Shown here: positions 9,452 to 16,792 of the stretch, one piece after another
Position numbering within the stretch: the first letter of the stretch is position 1
Layout: every line of letters begins with the position of its first letter
Assembly: GCA_036513415.1 (NCBI GenBank)
Contig: DATBZA010000147.1
Span: 2,452 to 66,451 of the forward strand
Direction: 5' to 3'
Source of the DNA: Myxococcales bacterium
GTDB taxonomy: Bacteria; Myxococcota; Myxococcia; Myxococcales; 40CM-4-68-19
DNA length: 64,000 bases
The notes under the pieces: generated by a model
Told to the model about the DNA's origin: nothing
Databases searched by the model: none
Seen by the model: only the letters and a program-made list of their open reading frames with translations
Position numbers and translations under genes: made by a program

Positions 9452-10045
9452 TCAGCGCACCCGCTTCCCGGCAATGGTGACGAACTCGTTGTACTTGAAG
9501 ACCGGGCCCGCCAGCCGGGGGAGCGGAAACGAGTAGCGGACCTGGACGCGAAGCCCGGCGCCGCGGAGGAGTCCCCCGACGGCATCGAAGTCCATGAACT
9601 CCACGTGGGTCGGATCGGAACGAAAGCCCGCTTCCTGCGGAGTGATCGCCACCACCCGCCCCGCGTCAGCCAGCAGATCGAGGTATCCGCGGACCAGCTC
9701 CGTCGCTTGCCCGGCTCGCATGTGCTCGAGGACGTGCGAGAAGAGGAGCGAGTCGAACCGTCCCGGCGTTGCCCGGGGGGAGGCGCGGAGCTCCTCGGGC
9801 GTGAACGCCTCCAGACCGCGCCCCCGCGCGATCTCCACCGCCCGCCGGTTGTGATCGACGCCAATGCTGGAGCCGCGCAGGTGGTCGAGGTTGCGGCCGA
9901 TCCCGCAGCCGACCTCGAGCACGAGCCCCAGCCGGAGGCGGCGCAGGTGCGAGCGGTACGGGCGCTGGACGTCGAGAAGCCGCTTCCACCAGGCGCTCTC
10001 CGCAGTGAGCCTCTGCTCGGCATACCCGGCTTCCTCGGTGCTCAT
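9452..10045 (-). CDS. class I SAM-dependent methyltransferase
   Basis: Motif I VLEVGCGIGRNL. Tightly packed between the oxidoreductase and GT2 genes. Confidence 0.8.
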   Translation of the reverse strand: MSTEEAGYAEQRLTAESAWWKRLLDVQRPYRSHLRRLRLGLVLEVGCGIGRNLDHLRGSSIGVDHNRRAVEIARGRGLEAFTPEELRASPRATPGRFDSLLFSHVLEHMRAGQATELVRGYLDLLADAGRVVAITPQEAGFRSDPTHVEFMDFDAVGGLLRGAGLRVQVRYSFPLPRLAGPVFKYNEFVTIAGKRVR

Positions 10046-10046
10046 T

Positions 10047-11543
10047 TCATGCGCTCAGCCGCCGCGGGACGCTGCGCAGGCCGCTGGCGCCGGTCTCCTG
10101 CGCCCGGTCGCCCTGCTCGTGGTACTCCGCGTCCTCGTTCACGCGCCACAGATCGTACAGCGGGCCGCCGCCCAGGATGTTCTTCACGCAGAGCATGGCC
10201 GTCATCATGGCGTGGTCCTGGTTGTTGTACTTGTGCATCCCGTTCCGTCCCACCAGGTGCAGCGTGGGAAAGCGGGCCTCGAGCTCGCGCCGGATCCTCT
10301 CCACGTTTTCGGCATAGCCGTCATCGTAGACGGGATATGCCTTCGGCTGGCGCACGACGCAGCCGTCGACCACGTCCAGGGCGGAAGCGAGGCCGATCTG
10401 CTGGATCTCCCGCTTGCCCAGGTCGATCAGCTCCGCGTCGCTCAGGGTCCAGAGGCCGTCGCCCTCGAAACAGAAGTACTCCAGGCCGTAGCAGGCCATC
10501 GACGGATCCGGCACCATCTCCGGCGACCAGGACTTGAAGTTCTGCACGCGCCCGACCTTCACCTTCGGGTCGTGGATGTAGATCCAGTTGTCGTCGAAGA
10601 CCTTCCGGTCCTTCAGGATCAGCACCACCGTGAGGAAGTCGCGGTAGCGCAGCCGCGCGGCGGCGGCGCGCGTCTCCTCCTCGATGCGAGGAGTGATTCC
10701 CAGGACCAGCTCGCGCAGAGGCGCCGAGGAGATCACGTGCGCCGCGCGGGTCTCGTGCCGGGCGCCCGCACGATCGACGTGAGTGAGCGTCCATTCGCGC
10801 CGGCCGGCGTCGAAGAAGCAGCCCACCACCTTCTCTCCCATGCGCACCGCGCCGCCCATCTCGCGCACCCGGCGCGCGCACGCTTCCCAGATCATCCCCG
10901 GCCCCTTGCGCGGGTAGCGGAAGGAATCGATCAGCGTCTTGATCACCGCGGACTTCTGCTTCGGCTTGCTCGCGGGCAGGAGCGCGTTGCGGATGGCGGC
11001 GCCGAGCGAGAGCCCCTTGATCCGCTGCGCCGCCCAGTCGGCGGAGATCTCCTTGCAGCTCATTCCCCACACCTTCTCGGTGTAGGTCCTGAAAAACATT
11101 CCGAAGAGCCTGCGGCCGAACTGGTTGCTCACCCAGTCCTCGAAGCTCCTCGGGTCGCGCACGGGAAAAAGCCGCGCCCTCAGATACGAGAGCACGCACC
11201 GCGCCGATTCGACCAGCCCCAGCTTGAGCAGCGCATCCGCCGCGCGGAGCGGGTAGGCGAAGAACTTGCCCCGGTAGAAGATGCGGGACGAGCGCGGCCT
11301 CTCGAGCAGGTCGTTGGGAAGCAGCTCCGTCCAGAGGTCCTCCACCTCCTTCGACTTGGAGAAGAACCGGTGCCCTCCGATGTCGAAGTGGTAGCCCTTG
11401 TAGCTGGCCGTTCGCGCGATGCCGCCGACCAGCCCGGGGTCGGCCTCGATCACCGTGACCGGGACGCCTTCCTTGGAGAGCAGATACGCAGCGGTGAGCC
11501 CGGCCGGGCCGGCGCCGATGATCGCGACCGTCTTTCCGCTCAT
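10047..11543 (-). CDS. NAD(P)/FAD-dependent oxidoreductase (amine-oxidase / UDP-galactopyranose-mutase-like Rossmann family)
   Basis: N-terminal dinucleotide fold KTVAIIGAGPAGLTAAYLLSKEG..VTVIE. 498 aa. First gene of a minus-strand three-gene operon. Confidence 0.85.
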   Translation of the reverse strand: MSGKTVAIIGAGPAGLTAAYLLSKEGVPVTVIEADPGLVGGIARTASYKGYHFDIGGHRFFSKSKEVEDLWTELLPNDLLERPRSSRIFYRGKFFAYPLRAADALLKLGLVESARCVLSYLRARLFPVRDPRSFEDWVSNQFGRRLFGMFFRTYTEKVWGMSCKEISADWAAQRIKGLSLGAAIRNALLPASKPKQKSAVIKTLIDSFRYPRKGPGMIWEACARRVREMGGAVRMGEKVVGCFFDAGRREWTLTHVDRAGARHETRAAHVISSAPLRELVLGITPRIEEETRAAAARLRYRDFLTVVLILKDRKVFDDNWIYIHDPKVKVGRVQNFKSWSPEMVPDPSMACYGLEYFCFEGDGLWTLSDAELIDLGKREIQQIGLASALDVVDGCVVRQPKAYPVYDDGYAENVERIRRELEARFPTLHLVGRNGMHKYNNQDHAMMTAMLCVKNILGGGPLYDLWRVNEDAEYHEQGDRAQETGASGLRSVPRRLSA

Positions 11544-11637
11544 GTGCGCTCATTGTCGCCCGCGCCTGCCGCGCCTGCCAAGGAAACATCCCCGGGAGGA
11601 AGCGTGCACCCGTGGCGAATCCGCATACACTGTATGC

Positions 11638-12996
11638 ATGCGGCGCGTCCTGATCGCGGATGACGAGGAATCGATCCGCCACGTGCTCACCGAGCTGCTC
11701 CACGAGCGCGGCTACGAAGTGCGCGCGGTGGCCGACGGCGAGGAGGCGATGCGCGAGCTGACCTCGCGCGACTACGACGCGCTGGTCACCGACGTGCGGA
11801 TGCCAAAGATGAACGGTCTCGATCTGGTCCGGGAGGCCCAGAGCGCGTCTCCAGAGACGACGATCATCGTGATGAGCGCGTACGGCTCACACGACCTGGC
11901 GATCGAGGCGATGAAGGCGGGCGCGTACGACTATCTCGGCAAGCCCTTCCGCCCCGACGAGGTGCTGCTGGTCCTGCGCAAGGCCGAGGAGCGCGAGCGG
12001 CTTCGCCGCGAGAACCTCCGGCTGCGGCAGGAAATGTTGCGCGGCGCTCCGCAGCTGGTCGCGGAGGGGCCGACCATGAAGGACGTGCTTCGCGTGGTGC
12101 ACAAGGTCGCGCGCGCGCCGACCACCGTGCTGATCGAGGGCGAGAGTGGGACCGGGAAGGAGCTCGTCGCCCGCGCCCTGCACGACCTGTCGCCCCGCGC
12201 CGAGCGCGCCTTCGTGGCCGTGAACTGCGGCGCGATCCCGGCGCAGCTGATCGAGAGCGAGCTGTTCGGCCACGCCAAGGGGGCTTTCACCGACGCCAGC
12301 GTCGCCAAGCGCGGCCTTTTCGAGGAGGCGGACGGGGGGACGCTGCTGCTCGACGAAATCGGCGAGCTCCCGATGCCGGTCCAGCCGACCCTGCTGCGGG
12401 CCATTCAAGAAAGCGAGGTGCGCCGGGTCGGCGACGCGCGGCCGACCCGCGTGGATGTGCGCCTGCTGGCGGCCACGAACCGGGACCTGGCCGCCGAGGT
12501 GCAAGCGGGGCGCTTCCGCGAGGACCTCTACTACCGCCTCAACGTCGTCCAGGTGCGGCTGCCGCCGCTGCGGGACCGGCAGGACGAGATCGCGGCCATC
12601 GCGGATCAGCTGCTCGCGCGCCACGCGAAGCGGATCGGGATCGCCACCCGGCGCCTCTCGCCACAGGCGCTGGAGCTGCTGCAGCGCTACCGCTGGCCCG
12701 GGAACGTTCGCGAGCTGGAGAACGCGCTCGAGCGGGCGCTGGTGCTCTCGGACGACGAGGAGATCGGGCCCGAATCGCTGCCGGACGCCGTGCAGCGCGC
12801 GGTCCCCCCGGAGCCGCCGCCGGCGCAGCTCAATGCCGACGATCTCTCGGTCAAGCGCGCGCAGCGCGTGCTCGAGGCGGACCTGATCCGGCGCGCGCTC
12901 GAGCGCACGCAGGGGAACCGCACTCGCGCGGCGGAGCTGCTCGAGCTCTCGCCGCGCGCGCTGCTCTACAAGATCCGCGAATACGGTCTCGAGTAG
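11638..12996 (+). CDS. sigma-54-dependent response regulator (NtrC family; PilR2-like by position)
   Basis: Receiver domain (RVLIADDEE...TDVRMPKMNG), AAA+ domain (GESGTGKE, GAFTDA, LLLDEIG) and a Fis-type HTH (NRTRAAELLELSPRALLYKIREYGL). ATG 11638 lies within ORF 11419..12996. Confidence 0.93.
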   Translation: MRRVLIADDEESIRHVLTELLHERGYEVRAVADGEEAMRELTSRDYDALVTDVRMPKMNGLDLVREAQSASPETTIIVMSAYGSHDLAIEAMKAGAYDYLGKPFRPDEVLLVLRKAEERERLRRENLRLRQEMLRGAPQLVAEGPTMKDVLRVVHKVARAPTTVLIEGESGTGKELVARALHDLSPRAERAFVAVNCGAIPAQLIESELFGHAKGAFTDASVAKRGLFEEADGGTLLLDEIGELPMPVQPTLLRAIQESEVRRVGDARPTRVDVRLLAATNRDLAAEVQAGRFREDLYYRLNVVQVRLPPLRDRQDEIAAIADQLLARHAKRIGIATRRLSPQALELLQRYRWPGNVRELENALERALVLSDDEEIGPESLPDAVQRAVPPEPPPAQLNADDLSVKRAQRVLEADLIRRALERTQGNRTRAAELLELSPRALLYKIREYGLE

Positions 12997-13024
12997 CCCC
13001 GGCCGCCGAAGGCGGCTTAGGGGC
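12996..13024 (+). terminator. GC-rich hairpin just after the regulator stop codon (possible terminator)
   Basis: GCCCC-g-GCCGCC-gaa-GGCGGC-tta-GGGGC. No T-tract follows. Confidence 0.35.
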
Positions 13025-13058
13025 TATGCTTGAGCGCCAGTCACATCCGGCCGCCGAC
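13020..13058. repeat. left copy of a ~37-bp direct repeat bounding the repeat nest
   Basis: GGGGCTATGCTTGAGCGCCAGTCACATCCGGCCGCCGA versus GGGGCCATGCTTGAGCGCGAGTCACGCCGGCCGCCGA at 13987..14023 (a few mismatches and one indel). Confidence 0.8.
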
Positions 13059-13079
13059 CGCGGGGCGTCGCTTCATCTG

Positions 13080-13258
13080 CGCTTAAGATCAACCGCAGAG
13101 CACGCCGAGCACGCAGAGGCGAAAAAGTCGACTCGAGTCATCTCTTTTATTGGGTTGGTCTCGTGCCACCCCGCGGCCGGAGCAACTCCGGGGCGCGGCA
13201 GTGGCGAGACGGTCATCACCCCCCAAATCTCTGCGTGCTCTGCGGTTGATCTGAAGCG
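13080..13258. mobile_element. family-A inverted-repeat element (MITE/REP-like), complete copy
   Basis: 26-bp arms CGCTTAAGATCAACCGCAGAGCACGC (13080..13105) and GCGTGCTCTGCGGTTGATCTGAAGCG (13233..13258), one mismatch, 127-bp interior. Related copies lie at 47262..47362 and 55378..55425. Confidence 0.75.
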
Positions 13259-13273
13259 GTAGTTACTTGATCG

Positions 13274-13475
13274 CGGGAGGTCTGCCCAATTCAATTTCAG
13301 CCACACTCACGGGCTGCGCGAGCCTTCGCAACTCGTTCCGGAATTTCCGGAACGACTTCGGCGAAGGCTCGGCTGCCCGTGAACCCGAACGGCTCTGTAG
13401 TAAAAGCCCGGGGTCGATGCGAAGCGAAGGTCCGGTTCGCCAGCAGGGTAGCGGTTGATTTGGGCAGACCTCCCG
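13274..13475. mobile_element. family-B inverted-repeat element (MITE-like)
   Basis: 21-bp arms CGGGAGGTCTGCCCAATTCAA (13274..13294) and TTGATTTGGGCAGACCTCCCG (13455..13475), one mismatch. The same GGTCTGCCCAA motif recurs at 13768..13785 and in the 55457..55527 element. Confidence 0.7.
13311..13378. repeat. long imperfect hairpin/cruciform (~30 paired positions) centred on palindrome P1
   Basis: GGGCTGCGCGAGCCTTCGCAACTCGTTCCGGAA-T-TTCCGGAACGACTTCGGCGAAGGCTCGGCTGCCC. Hand pairing gives a 21-nt perfect core (13334..13354) and a 10-bp outer helix GAGCCTTCGC/GCGAAGGCTC. Confidence 0.75.
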
Positions 13476-13538
13476 GCCGACCAGGGACCAGCACACGGCG
13501 GCCTGTGCTCCGGGCTCCTCATGATCTGTGGCGTTGTG

Positions 13539-13567
13539 AACTCGTTCCAGAAATTCCGGAACGAGTT
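13539..13567. repeat. 29-bp palindrome P2
   Basis: AACTCGTTCCAGAAATTCCGGAACGAGTT, 13 of 14 positions self-complementary. Confidence 0.85.
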
Positions 13568-13847
13568 GCCTGCGGCATGCCATCTCCCCGCCCTCATGAA
13601 CAGCCAATCGCAGCTCGCGTCGGCAGAGCGCTCGGATTCACGACCTGCGCCGCTTCGTCCAACTCGTTCCCGAAAATGTGCTTCGACGATTCAGCCAGCG
13701 CAGCTGCGAGATGATCGCTGTTGACGGCCCTAATGATCGTGTGCCCGGGAGATGTGACGGATCATCATTTGGGCAGACCTTCCCGCGGGTCCCGGCACGG
13801 CAACCGCAAAGCTCCGGGTCTCATTCCGGTCAGGCCGGTCCATTTTG

Positions 13848-13876
13848 AACTCGTTCCGGAAATTTCGGAACGAGTT
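13848..13876. repeat. 29-bp palindrome P3
   Basis: AACTCGTTCCGGAAATTTCGGAACGAGTT, 13 of 14 positions self-complementary (the exception would be a G-U pair in RNA). Confidence 0.85.
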
Positions 13877-13986
13877 GCCGCGGGACCACCACAACCGGCG
13901 CGCGCCCGGCCCCCACGAACAGCCAAAGACGGCTCGCGGCGGTAGAGCGCTCGGATTCACGGACTGCGCGAGCCTTCGCAGGCTCA

Positions 13987-14023
13987 GGGGCCATGCTTGA
14001 GCGCGAGTCACGCCGGCCGCCGA
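13987..14023. repeat. right copy of the ~37-bp direct repeat bounding the repeat nest
   Basis: See 13020..13058. Confidence 0.8.
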
Positions 14024-14149
14024 AGATCGACCGCGAGTCAGCCGGGTGCCCGAATGCAGTGCGGCGGGGTGCGCGCAACTGCGTCGCCGCACCACGTTTG
14101 GTCCTCCTGAAATGTAGCTCCTATGGAAGCAAAGCAGGCGCAATGACGG

Positions 14150-14169
14150 GTCAATGAGGGGTCATTGAC
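14150..14169. promoter_or_regulatory. candidate operator: 20-bp palindrome plus a third half-site upstream of the XRE gene
   Basis: GTCAATGA-GGGG-TCATTGAC is perfectly symmetric. An extra CAATGAC half-site lies at 14141..14147. The site is 50-80 bp upstream of the HTH gene start. Confidence 0.45.
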
Positions 14170-14245
14170 GGCTCAACGCGGCCGGTTCCTTGACTGCCTA
14201 CACGATGCCAAAGCAAGGATGAATCACTGCTCGCGGAGGGGCCGC

Positions 14246-14473
14246 GTGAATCGAGTTCAGAAGTTCCGGGAAGCAGCGTTGATGGCGAAGGCGGAGCTGG
14301 CTCGCAAGGCCGGCGTCTCCGAGTCGACCGTCGACCGGATCGAGGCCGGCCACGACTGCCGGATGGAGACCAAGCGCAAGATCCTCATCGCGCTCGGTCT
14401 CAGCATCCAGGAGAGCGGAAAACTCTTCCCCCGCCACAACGGCGCGACGCGGCTGCGCGTGGGGAGACCGTGA
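14246..14473 (+). CDS. XRE-family helix-turn-helix transcriptional regulator (small)
   Basis: VNRVQKFREAALMAKAELARKAGVSESTVDRIEAGHDCRMETKRKILIALGL is a classic Cro/C1 HTH. GTG 14246 or ATG 14219 lie within ORF 14165..14473. Confidence 0.75.
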   Translation: MNRVQKFREAALMAKAELARKAGVSESTVDRIEAGHDCRMETKRKILIALGLSIQESGKLFPRHNGATRLRVGRP

Positions 14474-14555
14474 TGATGGAAGTTTTTGGCGACATCTCTT
14501 CCGATGCTAGCGTCGACCCAGGGCCGCTGACGTCCAGAGAGGGGGGCTGACGGCC

Positions 14556-15626
14556 ATGGCCAAGAGCAAGCTCGCGCTCGGACTCGACATCGGCTCGTCT
14601 TCGGTGAAGCTGGTCCAGCTGAAGGAGGCGAAGCGCGGCTACATCCTGGAGGCGTTCGGGGTCGCCGCGCTGCCGCCCGAGGCCATCGTCGACGGCGCGC
14701 TGATGAACTCGACGGCCATTGTCGAGGCCATCCGCGGGCTGGTGTCCCAGTACAAGCTGAAGAACCGCGAAGCCGCCATCGGGGTCTCCGGACACTCGGT
14801 CATCATCAAGAAGATCAGCATGCCGAAGATGACCCAGGAGGAGCTCGAGGAGAGCATCCAGTGGGAGGCGGAGCAGTACATCCCCTTCGACGTCAAGGAC
14901 GTGAACATCGACGTGCAGATCCTCACGCCGCCCGACGTGGACACGGGCACGGGCCAGATGGACGTGCTCCTGGTGGCGGCGAAGAAGGACATGATCAACG
15001 ACTACACCTCGGTGGTGTCGGAGGCGGGCCTGACGCCGGTGGTGGTCGACGTCGACGCCTTCGCGGTGCAGAACTCGTTCGAGGTCAACTACGAGCTGCC
15101 CAAGAACGAGACCATCGTGCTGGTCAACGCCGGCGCGAGCGTCTGCAACATCAACGTGCTGGCGAACGGGCTGACCACCTTCACGCGCGACGTGACGATG
15201 GGCGGCAACCAGTTCACCGAAGAGATCCAGAAGCAGCTCAACGTCAGCTACGACGAAGCCGAGAAGCTGAAGGTGGGAGGCGACGCCGCCCAGGACTCCG
15301 ACTCCGTGGTCCCGCAGGAAGTGGAGCGCGTCATCCAGGGCGTGGCCGACCAGATGGCCGGCGAGATCCAGCGCTCGCTCGACTTCTACACCGCCACCGC
15401 CGCCGACTCGCACATCGCGCGGCTCTACCTCTCCGGCGGCACCGCCAAGATCCCCGCGCTCTTCAAGGTGATCGAGCAGCGGGTGGGCGTGCCCGTCGAG
15501 ATCCTCAACCCCTTCAAGGGCGTGGAGATCGACAACCGCCGCTTCGACCCCAACACCGTGATGGACGTCGCTCCTTCGGCGGCCGTCGCCATCGGGCTTG
15601 CCTTGCGCAAGTCGAACGAGCGGTAG
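14556..15626 (+). CDS. pilM: type IV pilus assembly protein PilM (actin-like ATPase fold)
   Basis: LGLDIGSSSVKLVQL N-terminus, 356 aa, first gene of a pilMNOPQ run. Confidence 0.95.
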   Translation: MAKSKLALGLDIGSSSVKLVQLKEAKRGYILEAFGVAALPPEAIVDGALMNSTAIVEAIRGLVSQYKLKNREAAIGVSGHSVIIKKISMPKMTQEELEESIQWEAEQYIPFDVKDVNIDVQILTPPDVDTGTGQMDVLLVAAKKDMINDYTSVVSEAGLTPVVVDVDAFAVQNSFEVNYELPKNETIVLVNAGASVCNINVLANGLTTFTRDVTMGGNQFTEEIQKQLNVSYDEAEKLKVGGDAAQDSDSVVPQEVERVIQGVADQMAGEIQRSLDFYTATAADSHIARLYLSGGTAKIPALFKVIEQRVGVPVEILNPFKGVEIDNRRFDPNTVMDVAPSAAVAIGLALRKSNER

Positions 15627-15638
15627 GAGGACGCGCCG

Positions 15639-16175
15639 ATGATCCACATCAACCTCCTCCCGGTCCGCGCGGCGAAGAAGCGGGAGTTCGGCCGCCAGCA
15701 GCTGGTGCTGTTCGTGCTGCTGCTGGTCCTGGCCGGCATCGGCAACTACTTCGTCTACAACCGCTTCGAGTCGGAGCTCCGGTCGCTGGACAAGCAGATC
15801 GCCACCACTCGCGCCGAGATCGCGCAGCTGGAGAAGACCATCGGCGAGGTGAAGTCGATCAAGGACGACAAGAAGGCGCTCGAGGACAAGCTGAAGATCC
15901 TCGACACCTTGAAGAAGGGACGCACCGGGCCGGTGAAGGTGCTGGACGAGCTCGCCAGCGTGGTCCCGCAGAAGGTGTGGATCATCGAGTTCTCCGAGCA
16001 GAACGGCGGAGTGTCGATCACCGGCCAGGCGGTCAACTACGAGGACCTCTCGACGTTCTCCAAGAAGCTGAAGGCGTCGACGCATTTCAGCAACATCACC
16101 ATCAAGGGCGCACGGCAGCGGGCGGACGGGACCGTGGACTGGGTGATCACCTGCACCGCGAACTACTCGGCCTGA
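15639..16175 (+). CDS. pilN: type IV pilus assembly protein PilN
   Basis: MIHINLLPVR N-terminal motif, a single TM, then a coiled coil. Confidence 0.92.
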   Translation: MIHINLLPVRAAKKREFGRQQLVLFVLLLVLAGIGNYFVYNRFESELRSLDKQIATTRAEIAQLEKTIGEVKSIKDDKKALEDKLKILDTLKKGRTGPVKVLDELASVVPQKVWIIEFSEQNGGVSITGQAVNYEDLSTFSKKLKASTHFSNITIKGARQRADGTVDWVITCTANYSA

Positions 16176-16186
16176 GGCGATAGAGA

Positions 16187-16792
16187 ATGGCTCTCTCCGG
16201 ACAGGATGTCCTCAACGCGGTCAACAAGATGCCCCTCGGCCACAAGGTCGGGGTGGTGGCCGGGTTCGTGATCCTTCTCTCCGCCACCAACTGGTACTTC
16301 TTCATCGACCCGATGCAGACGCAGATCACGCAGCGGCAGGGCCAGCTGCGCGCGCTCGAGGACGAGCTGATCCAGAAGCAGTCGATCGCCAACAACCTGG
16401 CGCAGTTCAAGCACGAGAAGGAGATCCTGGAGCGGCGCCTGGCCCAGGCCCTCACCGAGCTGCCCAACGAAGCGAACATCGACGACCTGATCCGCTCGCT
16501 CTCCGAGATCGGCACCAAGAGCGGGCTGACCATCAACAGCATCGACCCGCAGGCGGAGCAGCGGCAGAGCTTCTACGCCGCGATCCCGATCGTGATGTCG
16601 GTCACCGGCAACTACCACGAGATCGGCGTCTTCCTCGACGCGCTCTCCAAGCTCGCCCGCATCGTGAACGTCACCAACATCAAGATGGGACAGCCTCGGG
16701 TCACCTCCGAGAAGCTGATCGTGAACGCGACCTACGTCGCCACCACCTTCCGCTTCCTGCCGGAAACCACCCCGCCGAAGGCCGCGAAATGA
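16187..16792 (+). CDS. pilO: type IV pilus assembly protein PilO
   Basis: Position, single TM, coiled coil, and a ferredoxin-like C-terminus (IPIVMSVTGNYHEIGVFLDALSKLARIVNV). Confidence 0.9.
   Translation: MALSGQDVLNAVNKMPLGHKVGVVAGFVILLSATNWYFFIDPMQTQITQRQGQLRALEDELIQKQSIANNLAQFKHEKEILERRLAQALTELPNEANIDDLIRSLSEIGTKSGLTINSIDPQAEQRQSFYAAIPIVMSVTGNYHEIGVFLDALSKLARIVNVTNIKMGQPRVTSEKLIVNATYVATTFRFLPETTPPKAAK

Larger units (their letters stand above)
13455..13986. repeat. ~310-bp diverged tandem duplication (units start near 13455 and 13763)
   Basis: Each unit has TTTGGGCAGACCT, exactly 79 nt from the T of that motif to the palindrome, the 29-bp palindrome, then GAACAGCCAA...GCTCGCG..AGAGCGCTCGGATTCACG. 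The motifs are conserved and the linkers have diverged. Confidence 0.75.

Noticed and set aside
13080-13478. Inverted repeats flanking short segments as phase-variable invertible promoters (invertons) controlling pilMNOPQ.
   Set aside because: The same repeat families sit between convergent gene ends at 47.3 kb and 55.4 kb, where no promoter switch makes sense. No invertase is nearby and I see no convincing promoter inside the segments. Worth a read-orientation check in raw data, but a REP/MITE explanation is simpler.
13792-13807. Sigma54 promoter-like strings: CGGCACGGCAACCGCA here, and GGGGCCATGCTTGAGC inside both 37-bp direct repeats.
   Set aside because: They satisfy only the minimal GG-N10-GC spacing, or lose the -12 GC, and the TGGCAC and TTGC cores are poorly matched. 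In a genome this GC-rich such matches are expected by chance.
13300-13900. A possible CRISPR array formed by the repeated 29-bp palindromes.
   Set aside because: There are only three copies and the spacing is irregular (209 and 309 bp between centres), far longer than CRISPR spacers. The 'spacers' themselves share conserved motifs, so this is a tandem duplication. No cas genes are in the window.
13026-14143. Track ORFs inside the repeat nest (13026..13262, 13073..13306, 13263..13607, 13307..13597, 13455..13724, 13721..13945, 13730..14143 and others).
   Set aside because: The same DNA motifs are read in different frames in different copies. The products are Arg/Pro/Ala-rich with no domains, and the ORFs overlap one another on both strands.

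The FRNFRNE-type peptides are just translations of the palindrome. The equal P-to-M1 spacing on the minus strand keeps frame, but the intervening peptide is not conserved.
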